NCBI GenBank assembly: GCA_030141605.1
Contig: JAQGDQ010000225.1
Span: 186,001 to 250,000, forward strand
DNA: 64,000 nucleotides
Direction: 5' to 3'
Source: Tubiluchus corallicola
Lineage: Eukaryota > Animalia > Priapulida
In this document: positions 1-12,200 of the stretch, piece by piece
Position numbering within the stretch: the first letter of the stretch is position 1
Layout of the letters: each line of letters starts with the position of its first letter
The notes under the pieces: model-generated
Told to the model about the DNA's origin: nothing
Databases searched by the model: none
What the model saw: only the letters and a program-made list of their open reading frames with translations
Position numbers and translations under genes: made by a program

Positions 1-146
1 TATTAGCTGGAACCTATGAACGTTTACTAGCAGTTCTCTAGGAGCGGTAATTTTTTTTTATTATACTGCAAAAGATTTGACTGGCAATTTGAAATAAGTT
101 GAAAACCAGCAGTTAAATCATAGAGAGACGCGTGAAGTACAAGAGA

Positions 147-221
147 ATGATGATAGGTCTGAACGAGACGCTGGAAGATATTGTAAAAGAAGTACGCAAT
201 ACCGTGTACGACATTTCTGAC
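147..221 (+). CDS. Candidate first coding exon of the GRAMD1-like gene (MMIGLNETLEDIVKEVRNTVYDISD)
   Basis: ATG at 147 with an in-frame TAA upstream (114-116), 25 codons, then consensus donor GAC|GTAAGT at 221/222 in phase 0, which matches the phase-0 acceptor at 6457. Too short for the ORF track. Confidence 0.6.
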
Positions 222-3200
222 GTAAGTATGCGCATGTGCTGTAATGTCACACAAAAAATTGGGTATGGCAATGATTAACTTTTGATCATTGAGTTTAAAA
301 AACTTGTTTAATTGCGGTTAATGATTCATTCGCCATGTGAAAGTAGCACTACTAAATCCACTTTCATGCATAAACCTTGACCACATATGAGGTAAGGTCC
401 CGGCCTGGTTCTTTTTGGTCCATTTTACACACGCTTTTATCAACTCGGACCACGATAAGCCTTTTCACAGTTCCAGGGATCAATGATGATTGTGAAAAGG
501 TCAAAGATTAAGTGTACCAGATAACCCATTTGTGTACACTCGACACCGCCTCACAGCCCAAGCTATTGTAATATTAACAGCTAACTAGAACCTTACCTCT
601 TTTTTTTATTGTTCCCAAGCAAGATCCTGCTAGTAAATCACTCTGTGCACAGATTAATGCATAATTAAGTAAAGTCAATGTAAAACAGCTGAAGTTACTA
701 AACTGATGCAGCAGACGGTTTTGCTCTATACACGTGTCATGTGAATGTTGTAGTTAAGGCCCGTTGCTGTGGTACACTTAACCTATGACCTACAGCAACT
801 ACGCGTGCGCACAACGAAACTGCGAAAAGGCTTATTTGTGTACTCATTCACACTATCACATCCAAAATACAGGCGTAAAAGTCAAGCACAGACCTTGGAA
901 TTTGTGGTTCTTCTTACTATCCTCAGTAATCTTGGCAAAACCTCAGCCCTTCTCACTGGTGGTGTATTTATAATAGGTTCCAATGATCAGGAGGGTCTTG
1001 GCTTTCAGCCACCTTCTGCCTTGTACAGACCCGGTTATAGGAGAGTAGACCTTACCTTAGACCTTAGTCCTTCCTGCGCATTGATGCACATTGGGCAGAC
1101 AGCATTTTCCACTGAGTTCTATCGGCGGCTTCGTTCTCTACGTTTTCCCAACGTCTGTTGACAGCTCGAAGGTCTTCTTTGAAGGATCTGCGCCACGTTG
1201 TTTTTGGCCGACCTCTTTTTCGTTTCCCACCTGGTGGTTCCCACTGTACTGCTGTTTTGGCGTAGCGACTTTCTGATAGACGGAGAATATGTCCAGCCAG
1301 TTTCATTCTTCTCTCTGTAACTATATCTTGTAACCGCAATGACTGCGCTCGTTGAAGAACTTCTACATTGGTGACATGGTCGCGGTAGGAGATTTTTAGT
1401 ATCTTTCGAAGGCATTTTTGGTGGAAGACGTTCAGTTTCTTTGATAACTCCGCTGTGACTTTCCAGGTTTCGCTGGCATAGAGAGCCGTTGGCAGCACAA
1501 TGGCGTTGTACAGACGAAGTTTGATTTTCATGTCAATTTTCTTGCTTGTCCAGATTTTTCCCATCTTCCTAAATACTGCTGTTGCTTTGCCAATTCTCCC
1601 CCTGATGTCATTTTCTGTACCTCCATTACAGGTCATCACACTGCCCAGATATGAAAAACTGGTAACGTTCTTAACCATTTGGCCTCCCACTGTTATATGT
1701 ACATCATTCTGTTGGTTTGTCCACACTTTCAAAACTTTGGTCTTTTCTTGACTAATTCTCAATCCAATTTTTCCCGCTACTTCTTCCATACTTGTGGTCA
1801 GTTGTTGCAGGCTTTCTTTTGATGTTTCCAGAAGAGCTATATCGTCAGCAAAGTCCAGATCTGCCAATCGTTGTTGTTGTTTCCATTGCATTCCTAGATC
1901 TTTACCATCAACCGCCTTGTTCATGATGAAATCAATCGTCAGTAGGAACAGGAATGGCGACATAATGCAACCTTGCTTAACTCCAGTTTCGATGGTGAAA
2001 TACTCGGTGTTTCCCTCTTGTGTTCTTATACAACAGCCGCTGTTTTGGTAAAAGTTCTGGATGGTTGAAATGAATTTCTGTGGGAAACCATACAGAGAAG
2101 CAATTTTCCATAGAGACTGCCTGTGAACAGAGTCAAAAGCCTTCTTGAAATCAATAAAATTGATTAATAAGGGCTGTTGGAATTCCATACATTGCTCAAT
2201 GATGTTTCTGAGAGTGAATATCTGTTCACAGCATGATCTTCCTTTTCTAAATCCAGCTTGTTGTTCTCTTAGTCTTATATCAACAGCATCTCTCAACCGA
2301 TCTAGCAGCACTATACTCAGGACTTTTCCAGGTATTGACATCAGAGTTATTCCTCTCCAATTGTTGCAATCTGTCAGGTTCCCTTTTTTAGGCAACTTCA
2401 CGATGACTCCATTTCTCCAATCTTCGGGGACCTTTTGTTGTTTCCAGCAGCTGTTCAGGAGCTTTGTCATTGATCGTGTTATCCCTTTATTACCGTGTTT
2501 CAGGAGCTCAGCTGTTATTTGGTCCTCTCCAGCTGCTTTGTTGTTCTTTAGTTTTTTGATGGCAGTTTCGACTTCCAGTTCACTGATGTTGTCCAATCTT
2601 ACATCTAGCTGTTGTTGTCCAATTTCGTTCTCAAAATTGAATAATGTTGTTGGGTTTGGCTGGTTGAGAACTTCCTTGAAGTGTTCCACCCATCGTGCGT
2701 TTTGCTGTTCTGTTGTTGTGAGAGTCACACCACTTTTGTTCTTGACTGGCACAGCTGGGGTGCCTCCTGTTCCCGTTAGATCTTTAACAATTCTGTAGAG
2801 AGTCTTGGTATCATTATGGCTGGCTGCTAACTGTGCTTCTTCACCCTTCTTTTCAAACCATTCGTTCTTGTCCCTCCTGCAACGTCTTTTTACTGCTCTA
2901 TCTGCCAGTTGGTACTGCTCATTGGCTTGACTCCTGCTTTCTGGTGTTTTTGCTTGGTCTCTCATTTGCTTAGTCTTCTTTCTTTCATCAATTAATTCCC
3001 AAGTTTTTTCTTGTATCCACATTTCTTTTCTGTTACCCCTTCTTCTGCCGATCTGTTCATCTGCAACTGCTGTTACTGCTTCTTTGAATATTTTCCACTG
3101 TTCTTCAATATCGTTGGCTTGTAGTAGTGGTTCAAATTTGTTGCTAAGTGCAAGTTCAAAACTCCTTGCTTTTTGTTGGTCTTTCAGGTTTTCAACCGCA

Positions 3201-6200
3201 AAAGGTGTTGTGATTTTTGGCTTTTTGTATCTTTTTCAGTTTGAGCTGCACTTTTCCTTGAACTAGGTGGTGGTCAGAGCCCACATCAGCTCCACGACAT
3301 ACTTTCACATCTTTCAGTGCTGATCTCCATCTCTTGCTGATACAGATGTAGTCGATTTCGTTCTGTGTATTTCCATCTGGTGACCTCCATGTCTTCTTGT
3401 GGATGGTTTTGTGGGCAAAATAGAGTAGAGTAGAGGGGCCCTTCAAACATCATCGTCATTACATGTCCATTACATCAATTGTAGACATTAGGCAGAACTG
3501 TAAAATAAAAGAAATCCACCCTCAAGACAGGTAAACACAGCAGTATCCAGCATAGATACAGCTATGCCAGTAGCTTGTCAGCACCACTTCCATTACTGCC
3601 CTTGGAACAAGCCACACAGCAGTAATCCAGCAAAAAACTAGATACAGCTATATCAGTAGCTTGTCAGCACCACTTCCATTACTGCCCTTGGAACAAGCCA
3701 CCTAAATTAATTTTCAATTTATTCCTAAGACGCATGCATTTTGCTATTACTAGTATACACCATTAAACCTTGTTAAGACTGGTTGTACATGTGTACGTGC
3801 AGTTATAATGCCTTATGGTACACTATACTGTTCGATATGCAATGCTAGATTTATCCCCAAAATTCTTCTAAACACTTTTGTACAGGTTCGTCCCTTCCTC
3901 ACACAGGTTCATCCTCTTTCTTTCCGAACTGAACTTTTCCAAATCTGTGCAACAATGTTAGGTCATGTACTTATGTATGGGACAGATTGTCTAAAGACCT
4001 TTTAGGTCGCATAAAAGACTAAATTGAGCTGTGTGAAGAATGAAGATGTGTTGAACCGTGGGAAAATGTGATCGTGTAGACATGCATACATAGCCACTTA
4101 CTGACATTTCGTGTTGTTTGGTGTTCTGTACCTCCAAACGCTGCCCCTTAACCTTAACTGACAGAGAATTTTTGGAACCCCATATTCAAAAAGGTATCAT
4201 TTTAATAAGATACCTTGATTGTCTTAGTGTTTAAGAACTTATTTTTGGTTCCTTAGTTTTTGTCTTTTTTCTTTGTAGTTTTCTTTGTCTGCAAATGTTT
4301 TGGCTTGCATTTTGTGTGGACTTGTGTGTCAAATCAATGAATTAAATTAAAACTAAATTCAATTGAATATAAACTGAATTGTTATTCTGTTCCCTGAGTT
4401 ATTAAGCCGCAAAGGGGAACAAAGGATTGCTCTTCATAAATTACTAACTGTTAATAGGTTTTTAGTGTTTGTTGATGACACTGAAACTTTTAGCTAGCCA
4501 GAGGATTGTTTTGTAATTTAGTACAATTTTACAAGTTCAAATAAGCCATTTGGCAGCCATTTTACATTTATAATGATGGTACATTCGTTCCCAAAATTTA
4601 CAATAGGGATGAAAGTGAAGAAGTTCGTTTTCCTCTAGCACGACTTGTAAACAAGAGCCACTCAATTCCCTAATGAAGATGAATATTTCTTTTATTTATT
4701 TATTAAATTATTCATGATTTATTTCTGCTAGTTTGCAGTGTGCTTTCTATTTAGGATTTTCATTGAATTGGCAAATCATACTATCAAACTCACGTCAGTA
4801 TGAATTCTGCAAGCATTCAGTTTTTGACGTTAGGGTGGAATGGTTCAATCCTGACGGTTGCAATACATTTTTACTTTTAAAGCTTGACTATTATGTTAGA
4901 CTGTTAATTTTTATGCTCTATTATATATTTTAAAAGCTTTCTTTGATTGATGAATTGATTTCTGCTGTGTGCTACACTGAGTGAAGCCATTTTTTGTAAG
5001 TTCACTTAGTAATCTCTTCATGCAACAGTATCCAGGGAAACGATTCTTTAATAATTTTGGACATGACATTTACATCTAGAGGACAAACCAACGGTAACTG
5101 GGACAAACGAATTGATTACAAAACATCTTGCGTATGATCCTGCTATCACGTGCTCACTCAATTTCAAGATCCTCTTAGCTCTAGGCTACTGGATGCAGTA
5201 TATATATAGCTAGAGTGGTTTATTTTTGGTGTTGGTAATACTTGACTGTAAGGAGCTGCTTGGTTGAGTAACAAGGTCTCGTTTAGTCGCTAGCTTAATT
5301 CTTGCGCTGTGTGTCAGTCGCCATTATTTTTCAACTTCTGACACCCATGATGGATTTTGATATTATGGAGGTTTGGTGATTTCGTATTGACTTTCATTTT
5401 GTGAAACTGCGTTGCTGTTATATAGGTTCTGTTATTGTTCAAGTGTGTGGGCACTTCAGGACTGATGGACTGAATATTATAGCACGTTTCTGTGCTGCAA
5501 CTGTTATGCTGCTGTTTGCGTTGTTTTTGCTTTTTTCTTGTTGTTCATATGAATTTATGGTGGCTCTAAAAGCAAAACTAAGCAGTTTTTATTTAAATGA
5601 ATGATTATTTCATTCTTTTCACAGCAGAAGTACTAGAACTACCATGCTGCCTATAAGAAGAAAGTGTGTCAACTATGAAATTTAAAGTGTGGCTGCCATT
5701 GACACTGTTGATCAAACCTTAGTGTGATTTTAGCTGGCAAGCCGTACTTATTTTTTGTAAAAAATGATGTTGTCATTGCTCTACCATTAATATAATGAAA
5801 GCTACTCGTATCATTTTTCGCAGTACTTGGCGTCCATTTTTTAACTTGTTATTAATATTTATCTTACAGAAATGAGTTTATATCGTTAATCATTCATTTG
5901 TGGTGGCACTGAAACTATGACGGTTCTTCAATAAATTAATCTCACCTGTTTTTATTATTTCTTCAGTTTTTGTTTTTTTCACTTTTGAATGAATTTTTCA
6001 CTTTTGTTGTATTATCTATAAATCTAGCTTTTTTAACTTAAAAGTTGACTCTGGACATTTGGACATTAAAAAATCAATGTAAGAATGCATAATTTAATAC
6101 CTCTGCATATAGCAGAAATATAGCCTATTTCTCTTGTCCCAATTAAGAAAATTCTTGTTCTTTCATTGCTGGTGATAGTGTACTTTGTATAAGCCAAATC

Positions 6201-9200
6201 TGACATTGCTTATTTAGAATGTACAATTTTTGTGCCCAGGCTAAACTGTCCTGGCATGTAAATTTAAAATGTACAGAAATGCCTCTCATTTTTTCATTGG
6301 TAATTTATATTATATAAACAATTAAAACGAAAAAAAAATAGTTAAGTGTGTCTTAGAGGTGTGAGTCGTGGATTTTGGAATCATTTGCTTGTATAAAACA
6401 TACTTCATTGGATTCTACAACAGAATTCTGTGGATATCATTTTCTTTTTTTGGCAGGTGCTGAATCCCACCTACAAGTCAAGGAGCGAAGACTTCAAGAA
6501 ATTATTCAAAGATTTGCCCGATACTGAGAGACTTTTGGTCGGTAGGTAATATAGCAAAATTCAAGCATAACTACAAATTGTAAGAGAGCACTCTGTTTTC
6601 TGCTAAAAATTGAAAGTGCTGCGCCCTAGCAACTGAGCAGCAATCAAAAATGGCAGCTGATTATGTTTGCCTAATTAAGCTGCAGAAAATGAACCCAAAA
6701 CGTAACTAGAATGTTGAGAGAGTTAGTACTCTCTGCATGCACTGGTGATGGCCATAGTGGTGGTATTGATGATGATAATGACAATGACAAATAGATAACT
6801 GATGATAATGAAGGTCATGATTTTAATGATAATGCTGATAGCGAAGGTGGGGTTTGACAGCAGCAACAATAATGGTTCTACAATGAAGATGATTTTAACG
6901 ATAATTATCGCAACGACTGCAATGATACTGATAACATTGATTATGATCATCATGATGGTAACAACAATAAAGGTTTATGATGATGATGAGGAAGAGGAGA
7001 AGGATGAGAGAGGCTGCAAATTTTGGACTTCTACCTCTTTAAAACATCAGGTAACTTCATGCTATATTATACGTTTTTCTTTTCAGATTACTCGTGCGCA
7101 TTGCAGAAAGACATTCTCGTCCATGGCAGGTTATACATGTCTCAAAGTTGGCTGTGCTTCTATGCAAATATCTTCCGATGGGAGACAGTGGTATGTTTGT
7201 TTATAAATGTGTACTTGCAAACCAAAACCGTTTGTAAGTTGGCATAGTTAAAACAGTGTTATGATGCTTCAAAGTAGAATGCATCAAAAATCGGGTTGAA
7301 TATCAATTTTTTGTTTTCTACATTTGTCAAGACTTCGATAGTAGCTGGTGGAAGCAGTCATTTTGTTTTGGGTTTTTGCTTTTCTAAGCCCAGATCTTTG
7401 TTTGGAAGAGCCTTTTACGTGATTTAGACATAACTTCAATGTGCTCTTGCAAAGTCCATGGCAACCATCCGCTCATACAGTTGCCGTAGTGGTTTGCAGA
7501 AGTGTGACAAAAAACAATGGCAAATTTTAACAACAATTTTCTCTAGACTATGTTTTTCAGCATGCAGCCTGCACTTCAACTTCAACATGGATTATCTCAG
7601 CTTAGAAATAACATAGACCGATGAGCTTGGTGTCAAACGAATCCCTCATGAAATAAAGATTCAGTATATATGAATAACTAAAGAAAAGCTTAGCTGTCGA
7701 CTATTTTAGGTTTTTGCTGTGCAAGCACACATATGATAAAATTACATTAATTACTTTAAGTTCAACTGTAACTGTATAATCACATTAATCACCAAGTGAC
7801 GAGATTGGTTATAATAAGTGGTGCGATTGATTTCCTGTTTAAGTGATATTTGGCTCTTTTCGGCTAAGTTATTTCATGCGACTGGATTTCCTTAGTTTGC
7901 CTATTTAAAAGTCTGCTAAATGATACCGCACGATTCTTGCTGGGTTATTTTTTGGGCCACTTCTACGGGAACCTTGCATTTATGTTTTTTCACACTGTGG
8001 ATAATAATGTTAGAACGTGAGAATGTAGTCTAATGTGAAATAGATTAGCTTAATGATTGACTATACTTCTTTACCCTCACTCATTGGCCTTAATTATGAT
8101 TTACTGCATTTAGTATAATAAATGGCATCTGAATTTGATGTCAAAATGTTCATTGGGATATCCAGAAATAAGTGTAAATTTGAGTGAATGTATCATTGCT
8201 TTCACTTTTTTGCAAACTTCTCATTAAGCTTTTTGAAAAGTTGTATCAAACTTATGTAAACTGGAATAAGTGTTTTTATTTCTCTGTAGCTCACGATCAG
8301 GATCAAGGACATCCAGTCCATAACGAAGGAGAAAACGGCCCGAGTGATACCAAATGCCCTTCAGGTTTCAACTCCGGGGGAGAAGTATTTCTTCACGTCG
8401 TTCGGAGCAAGAGACAAGGCATTCCTCATGATATTTCGAGTCTGGCAGAATGTACTCATGGATCAGGTAAGAAATTCAAGCGTTGAGCACAACTTGAATG
8501 CTGGGAATTCATTAACAGTTGTTTTTAGGCTAAAGTTTACAATTCTCCACACACAAGACAAAAGTTTGAGGAGTGGATTAAGATTGGGGTTAGGGTTAGT
8601 GTGGGTTAGGATTAGAGTTAGGGTTAGGTATTCCCGACACACAAGAAATTACTTCTTGGGGTGGATTAGGATTAGAGTTAGGGTAAAGGTGAGTTATGAT
8701 TGGAGTTAGGGTCAAGTTATGTGTGGGGAATTGTTAACTCCTTCCGAATTTTCAGATTAGAAATTTTATCCATTTTTAGGAAGTATTGTCTTTGGAAAAG
8801 CAGAAGGTCTTAGAATGTCTGCAATTCATTGAGCTCTCTCAGCAGACCCCATTACTATAAATACCTGTACTAGTTTTTTTCACTAGTCTGTGGCTTCAAG
8901 CTTTGTGTCTAGAATGGTCGGTGTTGCTAAAAATTAGATTTTTTGGCGTAGCAATGTAGCTCAAAATTTTTTTCACTTTGTTTTCTTACTTTGGTCTCAT
9001 TTCTGTTTTTAAATTGAGAAGATCTATTAAGATTCTACTTTTTCCCCATAACTAATAATAAACCAAATTTTACAGCTTCCTCCATATTTCGAAACATCGC
9101 TTAACCTTAACTAACGTACTTTATCATAACTAACCGTCAAAATGTGTAAACTATAAACTAGACCCTATATGGCATTTTTACATACAGATGTTGATTAATA

Positions 9201-12200
9201 CAAATTACTCTGAACTTAGTTATTCTGTATAACTTTGCTCTGTAGAACTAATTTCAAATTTGAAAATCTCTTATTTCTCTTATTTCCATTGTTTTGACAA
9301 AAATTTAGAATTTATGACACATGAAATGGAACTTTCTCTTTTACAGCCCATGTCGTCACAGGAACTATGGCAGTGGGTGCATCAAAGCTATGGCGATGAA
9401 CTGGGCCTGACTTCTGATGACGACGACTACGTTCCACCGCCGTCGATAGAAAATGAGAATCTGGGCAGCTGGGATAACAAATTAGAATCTCTAGAGGAGT
9501 CTGAATCTGCACCAGTAAGAAAGCAGTGAAAGCTATTTTTTATACGAAGCATTTTTGAAGTAAATGAGTGGTTTTCATCATATTTGTGTACTATGAAGCA
9601 GTTGCTTATCGATGTTTCTTGTTCACATTTAAAGGCCTATATAACCCCAACAGAATTGAAGTTTTTTAATGCATTATTATGTTTACACAAGGAATTCATA
9701 GTTATTATTAAAAAAAAGAGACTTATAAATTAAATAACCCATCCTTTTTCTGGTGAAGTTCGAATGTGTACATTGCCATGTTTCACGTCTTTGGCACGAG
9801 TGAGCAAGAATGGCGTAGGAGGTACAAAAAGCGTCTTTATTTATTTGTGTTTATTTACCTATCTTTGGTGACCTTGTTACTGTACTCATAACGTTATTCG
9901 TCTCGCGAAATGAAAAATGGCGGTTCTTCAAATTTAATACAGCTAACAACGAAGTGATAAAATCGAAAGAAACAAGTTTCACAGTAAGTTTGAAATAAAA
10001 TAAATTAAATATTCATAATGAGAGTAGTGGGATTTTAAGTTGTAATAGCTTATATTATAGTGAAGGCTTAGTTTGACTTTAAATTTGCAGCAGTACTGCA
10101 AACTGTTGAAATGGTGGAGGCAGTGATGAGCAATTTTTAAGCATTGTAAAAGAAAGTACAAAATCCCTGCTGCCTATTTATCTGTTAATTTCTTTTCTCT
10201 TCCTATTGTCTCTTTTCTTTTATGAACCACAATCTAAGCCAGTACCATAGCAAGTGCTTGTGGTACCCTGGGGCAAAAAAACTTCTGGTGCTCTACCTTT
10301 TTAATGTTTTGATCATTTGTTTCATGGGTGTGGCCACAAATTGTGTGTTTTTTTGCATACCTGAGCCCGAATTCTCTTTTTCGACGTGAAGGGATAAAGA
10401 TAAACAGATTTTTTCTCATAATCACCCTGAGTTTGATTTGTGGTACTGCACCAGAATAACTCTTCTGTGCATAAGTTGCTCGTAGCACGACAGTTCTTGA
10501 ACATTAAAACATGCAAAGATTATGAAAGCTACAGAACACTACAGATTTTCACAATAATACAGTCGGCATTTAGAGAAACGCCACTGTTTCTCCCAAAATT
10601 ATCGATCAGCTAAGTAACAACTTTAGCCTATTTTCTAGGCTGTATGTAGTAATTAAGTCAGCTACGATGATCTCGGACTAGGCAATTTTGTTGTATATTT
10701 GAAAACTTTGTTAATTGCTTGTTAATGTCGAATTAGTAATTAATAATTAACTGTCACTGAACTCTAGAAGAATTTTGCACTCTCTCACCCTTGCGCCCCG
10801 GGGCAATTGCTCCTTGTAACCCCCACCTTGCTATGCCTCTGATCTAAGCTGCTTGCTATTATAGTACAGAGCTAAATGCCACTTTGCAGATTTGCTAGCC
10901 TTGGTTCATATCTTGAGGGAGACGAACATTTTGCTTGCTATTTTTTTCTTGCATTGAAGAGTCTTGAATTTTTCATTAGTTAGTTAAAACGCGAGGCACA
11001 TTAAAAAGTGAACCGCAAAATCTTTTTTTCGCAGAATTTGTACAGCAGCTACCAAGCTAGTCCTAGTGATGATTATATCAGTGCTGAAAACAACATGAAC
11101 AACAACAGCATGGATGTGAGCGAGAAGAAGAGGAGGCAGCTGCCGAGGAACCTCGATTCTAATAGTTTCTCTTCGGGCAGCGAGTCTGAAGACGAAGATG
11201 ATGACGATACTGATGATGAAAGTCCCCAGCAGTTGACAGAAGCAGGTGAGTGTGGTTTAGAGGTGATAAAAGTGGGAAATTTCTTTGCTAATGATCGTTC
11301 ACTTGTTTGTCTTTTCACGGAATTATCAACTGAACTGTGCACATGTTTTTTGTGAGACAAATATTGGGATGCTGTAGATCCAATTTTACCTATGCCAAAT
11401 CAGATCCAGATCTGTATGTGCTGGATCCGTTTTGGATCTACAAATTAATGTAAACGATATTTCATTTGCTTAGTCTTTTGTTCATGTTGTGACATCGCCT
11501 GTTAATTTTCAGCATCACTGAGTAATTTTAAGTGGAAATTGCTGCAAATGTTTCTTTAAAGTTGATATACTGTAATTTTGAACACTTGATCTGCACTTCA
11601 CGTCATTATTACATAATATACGCATATAGTGTAATTTCTGTTTGTTGGTTTTATACTAACAAATTGCCAAACTACGTTTTTACTGGAAGATGGCTCTACA
11701 TTTTTTAGCAGACAAAGTGTCACAGCATGAAGATTGCTTGCAGTTTGCACTACAGGCATAGCGATATAAAAAACTATGTGATAGTTCATAAATTTCTAAA
11801 GATTTAATAGAAATCCTTCAATCTTTTAAAAAAAAATAAGACTGTCCGGGTAATTAAGCTGTGATGTGTATTTTTCTTACCAGGACAATTTTTTCGTAAT
11901 CATTGTGTGCGCAATCAGTAGTTTTGCACGTAGAAAAATAGAAATGCAAACAATCCAAAATCTGACGTACATTTCTTACAGATCCGGATCTGAAATGTTT
12001 ATTGTTTCTTCGAAATTGTTGAATAAATTTTCTTACAATGAATGAATGAGTTAAATTCTCTTTCTTACAATAGCTTAAGAAACACATTTATAAATGTTTT
12101 ATTTCGTGCACACTGTATCAGTTTAGGCAGTGTTACACAGACTGTTTGTTTAGTTTCTGATTGGCTTCTTAAAACTATATCTCACTAACATTGTTCAATG

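Noticed and set aside
1091-2798. Plus-strand ORFs up to 217 aa over the LINE, and antisense ORFs within DIDO and MMP21 exon 2
   Set aside because: Shadow ORFs of real coding sequence with no recognisable motifs.
5626-5690. Possible extra GRAMD1 exon after TTTTCACAG
   Set aside because: No convincing donor or GRAMD1-like peptide, and the frames close quickly.
8575-8712. True interstitial telomere or chromosome fusion site
   Set aside because: Short, degenerate, single orientation, and enclosed by inverted arms typical of a dispersed element.
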